From Eledone cirrhosa (taxonomy: Eukaryota), in the NCBI GenBank assembly GCA_964016885.1, contig OZ024743.1, forward strand, positions 309,814,001 to 309,878,000: a stretch of 64,000 bases of DNA, written 5' to 3'. Shown piece by piece: positions 26,590 to 39,906 of this stretch (position 1 is its first letter; each line of letters opens with the position of its first letter). Below the pieces are notes generated by a model. It made no database searches. It worked only from the letters and a program-made list of their open reading frames with translations, and was not told where the DNA came from. Made by a program: the position numbers and the translations under genes.

Positions 26590-26945
26590 AAATTCTGGTA
26601 ATTCTCCCTATTCTTCCAAAACCACCAATTCTGCCAATTATGTCAATGCTGCCAAATTTTCCTGATTCTGCTGCAAATTCTTCCAATTTTGCCAATTCTG
26701 CATATTCTGTCAATCCGCCCCATTCTTACAAACCTGCTAATGCTGCAAATGCTCCCAGTTCTTCAAAATCTTCTAATTCTGCCAAATCTTCCAAGTCTTC
26801 CAATTCTCTCAATAATCCAAATTCTTCAAATTCTGCCAATTCTGCATATTCTGCCAAACTTCAGTTCTGGCAAATCTTCCTATCTGACAATTCTGTAATA
26901 GCTGCCAAAACTAACAAACTTGCCAATTCTGCCAATTCTGCGATC
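26590..26945. repeat. Degenerate 9-bp minisatellite (AATTCTGCC)n
   Basis: Visible periodicity; it generates the N/S/A-rich ORF at 26640. Confidence 0.8.
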
Positions 26946-27660
26946 CTATTTTCTTCTCTTCCCCTTTTCTCCCTTTTTTAACCGTCTTTCCCCTTTCCCT
27001 CATATTATCCCTCTTTTCCATCATTCCTCACTCCATACTATCCTTATTTTTCTATTCTTCTTCCCTTTCCTCCACTTCATACACCTCCTACCTACCTCCC
27101 CACCCTCTCTTACCTACACATCCCCTTTCCTCCTCTACCTCACCGTTATTTTATTTCTCTGTCCTAATAATTCGGGATTAAATTCCTTCATCAGACTATT
27201 ACTGTAAGAAATTGGTTCGGTGCTTTGTGCTTTTGTTGTTATATACTCACCATCTTACATTGTTTGCAAGCAGTGGTCTATTTTGAGCTGCCATAAGTAA
27301 TTTGAGAACGACTTCGTTTGTAGACTGTCATATGGATTATATATGTGTGCATGATTGTTTCTGTCAAATATTGTGTGCTTTTGTATTTGGTCTTATGTCA
27401 ATTGTTTTTCGAAGGCAAATGTCTGTTGAGTTTTAATGGTTTGGATATGTAAGCTGTTATGGATTGAGTTATGTGTTTGGTCGTGTTTACGTGCAATACA
27501 GATAAACGAAATAGAAGGTAACTCCCTAAAATATTCGTTGCTTTCAATGTTTTCAAAATTTACCGAATGTTCCGCAGCCTTTGAATAACATACTATTTTA
27601 TACACCACACAATGCTTCAAGCAAACTACAACACACTATTATATATATATATAGCAATCA

Positions 27661-27794
27661 CAAGCATGGGAGGGATCGTCTTGATGAGTACCAGTTAAGT
27701 TCGAATGCATCAATGATTGTCCCCACTGCTTCTGCTGGACACCACCACCAGAGGGCGTTAGCCCCGGTGTTTTGCATAGCTATGGCTTTCTAAA
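27661..27794 (+). mobile_element. Old, degenerate fragment of HHR family C
   Basis: Aligns by eye to 7551-7677; core decayed (TTGATGA..CGAATGCATC). Confidence 0.75.
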
Positions 27795-27949
27795 TGCTTA
27801 CCTATAAACATACCATATTTCTTTAGAAATTCCTATATATATATATATATATATATATATGCATGTATGTACAAACACACAAACACACATATATATCTAG
27901 ATATATATAAATGAATTTTTCAGGATCAAAACTGTTTCATTCGTATGAC

Positions 27950-27999
<50 letters not shown>

Positions 28000-28329
28000 G
28001 TATATATATATATTCAAATGAAATCAACCAGCCACCACGGACTCCTCTTGTTAATGGATGGTAAATTTGAAGATATCTGGAATCATTACATTACTAAGGT
28101 AACTGTCTATTGTTCTCACTCATTTTCTCAGTTCGTTTGTCCTATTTTCTCAAATTCTTATTACCTTGGCATTTATATTTCACCCACATTGTCGGGCTTC
28201 TAGGTAACTAAATTTATTTCCTAGTTATATTATTCCACTATGCTTCAAGCAAACAGCAACACTTTATATATACATATATATATGTATGTATGCATGTCTA
28301 TTGAAATATTCTTGTTTTTATGTTTGCAG

Positions 28330-28409
28330 CTTTACTTTAATATTGCTGTGGGGCACCTTCATCATAAAGAGTACAAATCTGCAAAAAGTTACTTTTCCGA
28401 AACCGTAAA
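28330..28409 (+). CDS. TMTC-like gene exon, first TPR (LYFNIAVGHLHHKEYKSAKSYFSETVK)
   Basis: ttgcAG acceptor and AA|GTAAGT donor; phase 0/2. Continues NAK-LYFN, as in NAKVHYN. Confidence 0.85.
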
Positions 28410-28469
28410 GTAAGTATCAAAAACAGCTAATGAATGAATATAATTTATTTCCAAATATCTGTGTACGTA

Positions 28470-28880
28470 AAACTAGAACATTTTCTACCATCGGTGTAGA
28501 TTATACCCACAGTAAATTTACAATATTCTCTATCACCGATGTAGATAAAGCTGAAAAATAATTGTAACAAATACTTGCTTCTGTGTACATAAAACGTAGA
28601 GTAAAATGACAGTTTTTAACCCCAGTGGAGATAAAACACACTGTAAAACTACAATATTTCCTACAATCAGTGTATATATAACTCACAGTTAAACTACAAC
28701 ATTTCCTACCGTCAGTGTAGATATGACCCACAGTAAAATTACAATATTTCCTATCACCAATACATATATAACCCACTGTAAATCTGCAATATTTCCTACC
28801 ATCGATGTGGATAAAACCTAGAGTAAAACTCCTTAATTTCCTACCATCGGTGAAGATAAAACTGACAATTTTCCATCTCA
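28470..28880. repeat. ~45-bp minisatellite, about 9 copies
   Basis: ACAATATTTCCTACCATCGGTGTAGATA..ACAGTAAA recurs at ~28654, 28699, 28744, 28789 and 28834. Confidence 0.85.
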
Positions 28881-29327
28881 ACTACGCAGGTTCAGGCAAT
28901 TTAAAGCATGAACTCTTCAAGTTAGTGATATAGTTAGGTGTCAGTAACGAAACAATATGGTCCCTGATTTTCCCTTTTAAGCACGGATTGAAAGCATTCT
29001 AGTTATTAAGCTCGAAATCTAATTTTATTTGAATACGCCACGCTTCTCTTTTAATGTAGGTGTAATGGAAACATTGGATTATCCGTTTCAATAGTTCACG
29101 CATATACATATCAGACAACTTGAGTAGACTCAAATAAATGTAGAATGGGAGACATTTTGAGAAAGAAAATTTGTATTATCTAATTACTTTTATTTCAAGC
29201 GTAGTTCTGTTTTGTTGGCGGTATGGAATAATTATATTCCTATAGGTAAAGTTCAACGATTAAAGAGAGATATAAGGAGGAAAAGGGGGTATGAATGACA
29301 ACATACAAACCTAGAAGCTTCTGAATA

Positions 29328-30313
29328 TCTATATACATAAATGGCAATTGCTGTCTGTTTATGTGTGTGTTTGTTTGTGGATTTGTTTGTGAACCTAAAA
29401 CTCAAAAACTCTCAAACCGATCTTGTTGAAACTTGATACGCGTGTGGCTCTCATGCCCATTTGATTTCTTATGTACTTTGAAGTTAAAAGAATTGATAAT
29501 TTCCAGTTTGCATGCAAATGCTCATATGAACGTTATTTTCTGCCATAACTTTTAAAGTTCTCAACCGATTTCCTTCAAAACAGAAACACATATAAAGTAT
29601 GTGCTTTGGATGGCTTGAGGCTAAGAAAACATTATCCCAGACAACTGGCGGAAGTCAAAAAGCCGCATAAACCAATTTTTTATTTGCTTTGTTTCTTCTG
29701 ATACGAGTAAGCAATTTGCTTTAAACTGTACAGGTGCATTATTTATGTATCAATAAGGTGTTAAAAGTTTCCCCAGGGCACCTTAATAAAGCGAAAACAC
29801 CGCAAACATCGAATGTTGCAAATTCTTTTTTCAAACATCATAGATACACTACTCATGTGGAGTGGATGTTTTTTCAGCGGGACCGAGGGCTGTACAACAA
29901 TGGGATGGATAACAATTGAATTTGCCCTCCACGGGCCGAGTTTTACCCAGACAAATGGGATTTATGGGCTCTGGTTGGGCAATGCGGGGGTATTTTCCAA
30001 AAATCTATACCGGGTGGAACCCTTTGCGAATCGAATAGAAATCATCAACGGGCCACAGTTGAAAATGACCTACCCAAGCTAGGCTGTGACATCTTTGCTG
30101 CTAACATGCGTATATTTAACCGAATGGAACACCTTACGGGACGGATAGAAGGCCTCTGTGGGTTGCATTAACCAATTGGCCGTGGTGTGGACATCTCTGA
30201 CGATGACCGTGTTTTCCTATAAGATTTAATTCAACCGAGAGCTTTATAAAGTGTTATTTCTGCACAAACAATTGTATTATTTAAACCCTAGCAACGCCGG
30301 GTACCTCAGCTAG
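29328..30313 (+). mobile_element. Non-autonomous Helitron
   Basis: A|TC 5' end, subterminal hairpin CCCTAGCAACGCCGGG, CTAG|T 3' end, no TSD. Confidence 0.85.
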
Positions 30314-30478
30314 TGACCAATAAAGCAATGGTTATCATTATTATTAACATTCGTTTATCCAGTCTAACTCTCTGATTCTTTTTCGCATATGACCTTAACC
30401 ACAAATATATAAGTTGCTGATGAGAGAATGACAAATTTAGTGTTTTAGGAAAATGGAATAAAGTAATATAATATAAAA

Positions 30479-31467
30479 TCTGTATATATATAAAATTAAC
30501 TATGTGTGTGTCTGTGTATTACCTATAGGGCCCTATATCTTACGACCGATTTTCCAGAAATCTTACAGGCTCATGGATTAGTCATCGGGGAGTGTTTTCT
30601 ATATATCAGCCTATCGTTCTTTTATTCTGGGGTCATTTTGCAGATAAAAGTCGATAGAGGGGTCACCTTTTTTAGGTATCGAAACAGAAGATTTTTGGCT
30701 CTAGCACCCACATTTTGTCATCGATTTCGTTCAAATTTTAAAGCAAAATAAAATTCATCATTGCACATCCGGTATGGGTTTATATTTTGCCTCATGGACG
30801 GCATGGTAGAAGTTTAAGTATTCAAAAATACCACTTTTAGACTCAAATTTCCACTTTTTCGGCTCTAGCTCCCACATTAATCAACCTACTTTGTTCAAAT
30901 TTTGCACTACGCTAGATCTGGTTATTTCACGTCTTACAGTGGCTTTACATTTTGGAGTTTTTGTTCAGAAACGGCGTGGTAGCCGCTTAAATATTCGAAA
31001 ATTCCACCTTTTCGCTCAAATTTCCGCCTTTTCGGTTCTAGCTCCCACATTTTTCAACCGATGTCGTTCAAATTCGAAACTTCGGCTCCACCTCACACAT
31101 AAATCAATTTATTTGGTTCAACTTTTATACTACGATAGAACCTATCATTGCACATCTTATAGTCGGTCAAAGGCAAAACGATGGCCACTGACGTCGTCTG
31201 AGCTTTTAGTTGTGTATTTGAGAATTCATCGGTTTCCAATCAAGTAGCGTGAGGAAATTTGGCTTAGTGTTAGAGGTCATTTCCTCCCTCCCCCAGTATG
31301 CTTCTTCGTCAGTTTCTCGCGTTTCTCAGTGGTAGAGGTCATCACCACCCTCCCCCGCAAGGCCTGTGTGTGGCCATAGATGAGTCATCGAGAAGCAGTC
31401 GCTAAGATCTTTTCATCAAAGCAGATATTATTTTACCTACCCAGGCAACGCTGGGTACTGCTGCTAG
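30479..31467 (+). mobile_element. Non-autonomous Helitron with internal subrepeats
   Basis: A|TC start, hairpin CCCAGGCAACGCTGGG, CTAG|T end. GGCTCTAGCTCCCACATT occurs three times, ~165-170 bp apart. Confidence 0.85.
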
Positions 31468-31596
31468 TATTATGTACATGTGTGTGCATATATGTATGTA
31501 TATGTGTAAATATACATACATACATATATATACATACACACATATATATATATATATATTACCTTCTCTCCCGCTCTCTTCTAAATATATATATAT

Positions 31597-32788
31597 AACG
31601 AAGGAAATGTGGTAAGGAACCAGATGGACCATAACGCACCAAAGTACTCAATACTTAGTGTAGTAGAGTGGGTAATAGGAACAAGTATGACCCCGACGGC
31701 AGAGCTCAAGCCGTTTCGACGGCTAATATCTGGACTAAATAAGAATTTTTAGCCTGGTAAATAAATAGCCGAACTTCTCAGGGGGTAATTCCATATACGG
31801 GAAGATAGTAATTGTCTATATTTCCTTCTTCCTCCCATCTCTTCCTAGTCCTTCCACCCCAGATCTCCTTCCTTGTTTTTTTTTTTTCACCATTTCACCG
31901 ACCCCGATGCAGCCCATCGGTCCCCTGTAGCCTCAGTACCCCCACCGCCCTAATTTTAAGATAGAATTGGCCGTTTATGCTTGTTATAGCAGATGTGTTA
32001 GACCCCAGATAATTGCTTTCTTTGTGGTTGCTGCTCCATTTCTGTGATTTCTAAATTTCTTAGTGGTATTTTTGTATTAGTATTCTTGTATTAGTATTTA
32101 TGTATTAGTATTCTCAATTAATATTTCGTATTAGTTTGTTAGTATGTTTGTCCTCAACTTATTAACCTGTCATTGTAAGATAGCATTAGTTGATTACTAA
32201 CTAACTATAGCAGTGGTGTTAGAACCCCTGTAAAGATGGCTTTATAAAATTATTTCATTACAATCTCGTATTTAGTATTTTTCTCCACCTATTAAACTTT
32301 TCTATAGCTTAGCAATACAAATGAGAGATTTGTTGATTGTGGGGATGGAGTAGTAACCAGAAATTGTTTTTTATATATTTATTTCCTCGTTTTTATAATG
32401 GCTTTTCTGTTTACTCCCTTTCGATTTACCTATTCTTTCAACTTACCCCCTCCCCTTCTCAAGTACACTTTTTTCGACCTTCTATACACTATCCTTAGAA
32501 TTTGCTGTATAGATTTCACTTTCAACGCTTGACGGGGTTTCCCCCACTCCCTATTTGTTCTACCGGCAAGTTCAGCTACACATACCTCCCACTAAATGCC
32601 ATGATAGAATCATCTCTCTTTACAACAAACTTTTGACCAATCCTTTTGACAATTACTATCTTCCCATATATGGAATTACCCCCTGAGAAGTTCGGCTATT
32701 TATTTACCAGGCTAAAAATTCTTATTTAGTCCAGAATTAGCAGTCGAAACGGCTTGAGCTATGCCCTCGGGGTCATACTTGTTCCTAT
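31597..32788 (-). mobile_element. Non-coding PLE-type element (family F) with ~140-bp inverted arms
   Basis: 31675-31816 is inverted relative to 32648-32788; both ends lie in TA runs. The terminus is shared with 55078-55170 and 61221-61404; 6595-6665 is related. Confidence 0.8.
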
Positions 32789-33120
32789 ATATATATATAT
32801 ATTTAGAAGGTGTTAAATTAGTTTTGTCGTAGGAAGTAAATAGAAAATTATATATAATTTAGTAACATCACAACTTTTATTTAAAGATAAACGATCTTTT
32901 TAATAGAAATAATAGTCTAAATTATTACATATCGGGAAAATATGAAATACAATTCAACAAAGTCTGCATCGAATTGAAATACCTATACTTTGCAAAACTA
33001 AGCAACAAATTACGAAAGAAATACATTTGCTTTGCTTCTGTTTAGTAGAATTCTTATATAATGTTGGGTCACTATACGACGTACTACTAGCATGTGTTGC
33101 AATATCTCGTCTAATGTTTT

Positions 33121-33300
33121 TGGCAGTATCGGTAGAGGGTCGGACGCCATGCTTTCCAGAATAGTTACGTCCCTTTACGGTCTGAGTTCAAATCCCGCCG
33201 AGGTTGACTTTGCCTTTCATCCTTACGGGGTCGATAAAATAAAGTACCAGTAATGCACTGGGTAATTGCTGACCTTGTGACTAAAGTAGAAACAATTATT
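33121..33300 (+). mobile_element. tRNA-derived SINE, family S1
   Basis: A- and B-boxes, core and tail as at 21088. Confidence 0.9.
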
Positions 33301-33539
33301 ATTGTTTATATTAATATTACTCTTATTTTTATTGCGTATTGTTACAGCATTACCAGGCACAGGTTTCTGTGCCTTGGCGTTGTGCAGAGCGTTTACTTGG
33401 TCATTCACCGACAACGTTTCAACTGAGTATAACAGAGCAACGTGAAATGAAGTGTTTTGCTCAAGAACAAAACCTGTTTTCTGCTGGTATTTCTTTGTGT
33501 TGGCATACATTCCAGTGTATGCACATTCGAACGCTATAA

Positions 33540-34424
33540 TGTCTGGGGCTATATTATTTTTGGCCCAAGACTGAGCAATCAGAAACAATGTGTTTATTTA
33601 TTTCTTCCCTACCGCCACATATTCTACAATTAATTACTGTGTTGCTCCATTATGTATTTTTTGGTGATTTCTTGTCAGGAGGCTTTGCTCATTTGCTGCA
33701 ATTAGAAATCCTTCTTTCTCGAATTTTCGTTCAGTGCCTTTTACCAGATTTGGGAATTTTGCTCTTCCACTTCCTTATTTAGTTTTTCATGCATTTGCCA
33801 TGTAGGGGTCTTTCTTGCCATCGTTTCATCATAACATTCTGAAGATCTCTTTTCAATTTAAACGTTATCTTTTTCAGAATTTCTGGTGCTTCTTTCTCGG
33901 TGTTGCCATTTCCCCCATAGTTATCTGTTAATTCAGTTTCCTTTTTAATTCTTTGGCTTCCTTCAAGATAGAAAATAATATTTTACTTTTCTTTATTTTT
34001 GATTTTCTTTAAAACAGAAAACAATTCTTTGTTTTGTTCATGTTTCCTGACTATTCCTATTGATTTTCAATTATTCTTTAGATATCGTTGTTGCCCTACA
34101 ATGATTAATTTATAATAGTTTTATAATTGTTTTCTAGTTACATAAATCCCTTTCTCCTTGTGATCGTAGTAATCTTTCTACATTTGATTTTTGATGGTGT
34201 TTTCTAAATACAGACATTATTTTTGTGCGTTTTCTCTTCAGTGCTACTGGGTATTCTAGTATCCAGTTCAGAATATCAAAACTACAGCTAAGATCACTTA
34301 AATATTGATGACAATTAACTTATTCTTTTTAATTTCTTCAGTTTTAAGTAGTAATCTAATCCATCCTTCATCTGTGTGTTTTGAACACTGTCTAGTTCGT
34401 TGATTACTAAGTATATATATATAT

Positions 34425-34516
<92 letters not shown>

Positions 34517-35250
34517 GTGTGTTTGATCTAATTCTCTCATCTCAGTTTCGTTATCTTAGAGTGTTCGCTAACTTTCTTGCCATGGCATTTGTAATCATAT
34601 CTGTGCCTGTTTAAAACCTCAGATAATGGTGTCAATGCGTTTTTCATATCACCGGATTCTTTGTGCCTTTTGAAATATTTGTTGTTTTAGGCCTTCTTTC
34701 AGTGATTTCCTTTCTGTTATATTTATATATCTTTGATATTTTGATGTTCTTCCCTCTTACTTGCGCTGTTTTCTTGCTTATTTCATTTAAGATTGAGAGG
34801 TTTTATTTTCTATCTATTTTTTATATTTATAATTTTTCTGTTTGTGTGGGTTTATTTTTTCTGTTTGTGTAGATCTAAGGGGTTACCTATTTTATTTCGT
34901 AGCAACAACGTCTGTTGCATTTATTATATTTGTGATACTAATGTTTCTTTTTGTGTTAATTAAGTTTATCATTGAGTCTTTCTCCTACCGCTTTTTCCTC
35001 ATATTTCTTTTCATTTGACTATTTGTCTGTCTTGTCCAGAATAATGTTCTGTTGCTTAGTGGTCTCGTGTTTTGGGGGATTGGAGTTTGTTTTGGTTTGT
35101 TATATAATTATCTGTTCTAATTATATTAGTTATATTTTCATGGTAAATTGCCAATGGTTTAATGTTTGTTAGTTGTTTTGTGTTCGTTGTTTGTATTTTC
35201 GTTGAGTATTCGTTATTTTATGTCTAAAGCCTAAAGTCTATCTCGAGCTC
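33540..35250 (-). mobile_element. Decayed R4/Dong-like (restriction-like endonuclease) non-LTR retrotransposon
   Basis: rc fragments ALTPLSEVLNRHRY (RT, ~34570-34640), KRWQERPLHGK, EGFLIAANEQSLLTRNH and the CCHC knuckle CRICGGREEINKHIVSDC (~33570-33830). The upstream limit is uncertain. Confidence 0.7.
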
Positions 35251-36149
35251 GGAGACTCATCAAGCCAGTGTTTATCTCAATTTCCGTGGCCTTAAGCGAC
35301 TGAGAGTTTGAGACTCCCCTCTGGAGAGGACGTGTTTTCCTAATATAAACAATAGTATTATATCAACAATCATTAAGTGTTCTTTATTGTTGATTTAGTT
35401 GTTATTAATCACGGCTTGTAAACTCTCTGCTTCAAGATGTTGTGGCTGGCTGCATTTTTCGCACGTGTTTCCAATATCAACAAAGGAATTTGGATGATAG
35501 AGACAAATTATACATGAAATATATTCTAACAGTTAGGATGCTTGAGATGAGATGGTAATGCCGTTGGTTTGATTCCTGAACAGGCTGCTACGTTGAGTTC
35601 TTGAACAAAACACTTTATTTCACGTTTCTCCAGTACACTCAGCTGAAATTTGTACCAGTAGTACCTGGGGAGGTAAACCGGCCATAGACTGGTATCATTT
35701 ACAGAAAAATTCTTGCACTCTCAGTCGTTTAACGCAAAAAACGGCCATAAGCAGCGTGATAGCCCTTCGGCTTAGAACAGACGACGTGGCTTCATTGGTT
35801 CTTGTCTAGCATATTATTCTTTGTCTTCTAGTTAGATACTCTTTTTGTTTTGGCAATGTTGTGCTATTTATTTTAATTCTTGCGGGAGGGGAAATGAACT
35901 TCTTTATTGACGTCCATTATTATTATACTTTAGAGGGGATGGGCCGGACAAAATGATTTGTGGTATTTAATTACAGCATATATTTAGTTCTGAGTTCGAA
36001 TTCCGTCGAGATGAACTTATTTTCTCCCGTGATAGATACAATATAGTAGAAATAAGATAATCGGGGTTATTCCATGAAACGTCACCCCAACACACCAAAT
36101 TACTGGCCTTGTGCCTATGTTAGAAATAATTATCATTATACATATAAAA

Positions 36150-37690
36150 ATGAGAAAACCCATCGCTAGCACAACCGTTAAAACAGCTAAATGCTGTCAA
36201 AGAGAGTGATGGGCAAAAATTCCCCAGAGGACAGAGACCAGTGGCCAGTGGTCAACAGAGAGACAATCAACAAGGTGAGTGACAGGCACAAGAAATATAG
36301 AAAAGATTAAAAGAGAATGACAGAGAGAAGCGTGTTGATGCATAGGAGTGATTGGAAGAAGGAAATAAAGAAACGCGATGTACAAGACAAATTTATAGAC
36401 ACGCATCTTCAACCTCATCAGCTCTCAGGCCGGCAAAATGTTTTCGCACGATTTAATTGAGAGTACAATTTTAAAATGCTGGATCGTGAAACAGAAAAAT
36501 AAATCGTTTTTCTGGTATGATGTGTGTGTGTCATAAAACAAACAGCACAGATAGAAGGACGAAATAAAACAAAGAAAAGGAAAATAATGTGATAGTGGAC
36601 CTCAAGCTGTGGTGTCTGTTCTAAATAGAAAGCTAATCGTAGATATAGTAAAGTTACATGAAAGAAAAATCAATGCTGTCTCTGATCGCAAGGACGGGAG
36701 AGTGTATTTGAATATATATAAAATGAGAAAACTTTTCGCTAGACTAGCTCTTAAAACAGCTAAATCCTGTCAAACACAGCGATGGGCAAACATGCTTCTG
36801 AGGACAGAGACAGGGGTCAGTGGTCAAAAGAGTGACAATCCACAAGGGGGTGACAGGCAGATGAAAATAGAAAAGCTTGAAAGAAGAGGAGCACAAAGAG
36901 AAGCGCGTTGGTGCATAGAAGTGACTAGAAGAAGGAAATAAACACATCTGGTTTGAGAGTTGATGAGAGTGAAGATGTGTGTGTGTAAACAGGTCTATGT
37001 CCTCTGTGGCTTTTTTTACCTGTAGCTGTTTTAACGGCTATTCTAGCAATATTTTCTTATTTTTATATAAATTCAAATACACCCTCACTTTGTCCCGATC
37101 AGATACAACATTCTTGCTTCATTTAACTTTATCATAGCTTTGATTAGCTTTCTATTTAGGATAGACACCACAGCTTGAGGCCCAATATCCAATTATTTTA
37201 TTTTATTTGTTTTCTTTCGTCACTCTATCTATGCTGCTTATTTCATCTGACACACATAATATCAACAGAAAGATTTATATTTCTGTTGTATGATCAAGCA
37301 TTTTAAAATGGTACTCTCAATTAAATCGTGCGAAAACATTTTGCCGGCCTGAGAGCTGATGAGGGTGAAGATGTGTGTCTGTAAATTTGTCTTGTACATC
37401 GCATTTTTTATTTCCTTTTTCCAGTCTCTCCTATGCATCAACGCGCCTCTCTCTGTCCTTCTCTTTTAATCTTTTCTATATTTCTTGTGCCTGTCACCCA
37501 CCTTGTTTATTGTCTCTCTGTTGACCATTGGCCACTGGTCTCTGTCCTCTGGGGCATATCTGCCCATTACTGTCTTTGACAGCATTTAGCTGTTTTAACG
37601 GCTTGTCTAGTGATAAGTTTTCTAATTTTTATATGTATTCAAATATACTCCTGATTCAACTCGATCAGAGACAACATTTTTTTTTTCATT
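36150..37690. repeat. Unclassified tandem-plus-inverted (foldback) repeat
   Basis: 36150-36370 recurs at 36720-36945 (period ~570). 36950-37690 is an inverted copy; for example 37298-37630 is the rc of 36150-36480. Confidence 0.8.
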
Positions 37691-37743
37691 ATTATCGTTA
37701 TATTTATCCTTTAAATTATCATTATATTATATTTGTTGTTTGT

Positions 37744-37932
37744 GGCGGTGGATTGGCAGTATTGGTAAAGGGTCGGACGCCATGCTGACGCATAGAGTTA
37801 CGGCCCTTGCCATTCTGAGTTCAAATCCCGCCGACGTTAACTTTGCTTTTCATCCTTACGGGGTCGATAAAATAAAGTACCAGTAATACACTGGTTAATT
37901 GCTGGCCTTGTGCCTAACGTAGAAACAATTAT
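37744..37932 (+). mobile_element. tRNA-derived SINE, family S1
   Basis: GGCGGTGGATTGGCAGTATTGG start, B-box, core and tail. Confidence 0.9.
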
Positions 37933-39287
37933 ATTATATTTGTTGTTTAGTTTCCTTGAACATATCGTCATAAAACTACGTAAGTCCTTTGTTGTTTAAT
38001 TGTGTTGCACGGAGCAGCTGGATATAATGGCCACAAAGCATTTTCCACTGTTAATTATAATGCTGATTATCCACCATTTAACCGCAAACCAGAGGAAATT
38101 GTGTAGAGCAACAATAACATTTGTAATTACACTTAGCTAGAAGCCAGAACAGTATTTCAAATAAAACAAAATCATCAAGAAATACAACAAAAAGGTAAAA
38201 ACAATTACACAATTCCACTACAACCATCATTATCAACAATAACAGCAACATCAACATGATGCCAACGACAATCTTCGCCAACGACATTATCGCTTCAGCG
38301 TTTAACAACGTCACCGCCATGGCTTCTGAGACTAACGATGAAAACACTACCACTACCAAAACCACTTCCATTACTACTATTGTTAACAATACTACGACAA
38401 CGATGTGAAGAATAAGAAGCTCTATTCAGACTCATCCTTTTCGAAAGCGACCAGAGCAACAATCAGGTTTCAAATAACCAACGATACGTTAACCAGGGTC
38501 AATTTGACAGGACACAGAAAAAAAGCACAACAATATACAAGTTCATAGTCACTATGTCTACGAAGTTAGTGAGAGGAGTAAGAGACAAAATCGAATAATG
38601 TCTCATGCAAATATGGAGCATCAAATGTTATACAACGTGACGTAAACTATTCTGCACATTGGGACTGAGTTTTCCGAATAAAACGAACACTAGGAGACAT
38701 TTCAAGATCGATTAAAAGCAAGGAATTGCTCCACATTCCAATGTACTGCAGATAAAGGACATAAAAAATAACAGACATGGCCCCAGCAATAGATAACTGC
38801 TGGATAATGGTAGACGCCAAGGCAGGGATAGACACATAAACTCGTGGGTCAAAAGCTGATGAAAAAGGGTTGGGAAGACACGGTTATGGAGCTACTGATC
38901 CAAATTGGTCAATAGACTTTTGAAACCTTCCCCGAACTGATTACACTATCGGGTGGCACCTAAATATTTGTGATGGTGGGGTTGGAAGGTTGAGATATCA
39001 TATGTGTGAGACCAACACGAATCTGGTGTCTTTCTGCATACAAACACAGGACGAAAGGGAGCAACAGCCTCTACCATAAGATTCGGGATGTTTTGCCGGC
39101 ACTACAATAATTAAGGAATTATAGTTTATTCCTTGCTAAGTGTTTGCTCTTTGCTCTCAGTGTTTGCCTTACAATAAATCATTTCGTTAATATGTTTCTA
39201 ATAAAAGACACTGCGCAATGTAATTTTAAAATAATAAACCTGTGGTTATTCAGTAATATAACTTACGTTCTCAATATTAAGACGTCG

Positions 39288-39557
39288 TAAAATAAAGTAC
39301 CAGTAATACACTGGGGAATTGCTGGCCTTGTGCCTAAAGTAGAAACAATTATTAAGACGTCGTGAGCGTTCGACAACATGCCATTCGACAGAGAGTTACA
39401 GCCCTTTACGTTCTGTTTTCAAATTCCACCAAGGTTAGCTTTGCCTTTCATTCATACGGCGTCGATAACATAAAGCACCGGTAATGTACTGGGGTTGATT
39501 TAATCGGCAATCCCATCCACACTTGTTGTCCTTGTGCCTAAATCAAAAACCATTATT
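39288..39557 (+). mobile_element. S1 SINE 3' fragment followed by an older S1-like copy
   Basis: TAAAATAAAGTACCAG..tail at 39288-39352, bracketed by a repeated ATTAAGACGTCGT; degenerate copy at 39360-39557. Confidence 0.75.
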
Positions 39558-39906
39558 TAGGCGTTGTTTGGAATAAACCGTAACATATCTCCTTGCATAA
39601 AACTATGACAGCATTTTTTTCCGGCAAATATAAGCACTTTAACACTTTCAATACAGTATTTCTAAGACATTTAAAATAATTAAGAATTTGGTAAGATTTA
39701 CCAATTTAACTTACTTTGACACTAGGTTAGTGTTTAGTGTATAACTTCTTAGATGAAAAGTTATTAAATTTCTTTTTATAAGTATAAACAATTTTAAAGG
39801 ACAGTATATATCGTAGCATGAAGGCGGTTGTTTTGTGTCGGACGTTTAAGTATGTTTATCTAATTTTATCGATAAAATATTCATATGATTTTATCTTATA
39901 TTCTAG

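Noticed and set aside
26640-26981. N/S/A-rich ORF
   Set aside because: Product of a 9-bp minisatellite; no splice or homology support.
28470-28880. Regularly spaced repeats resembling a CRISPR array, and ORF 28501-28881
   Set aside because: Contiguous degenerate 45-bp units without unique spacers, no cas genes, eukaryotic intron context.
16731-37932. tRNA genes at A/B-box motifs
   Set aside because: No cloverleaf; the boxes are heads of a repeated SINE with shared body and tail.
38400-39120. Possible old LINE 3' end
   Set aside because: Only vague similarity and no diagnostic motif I can support.
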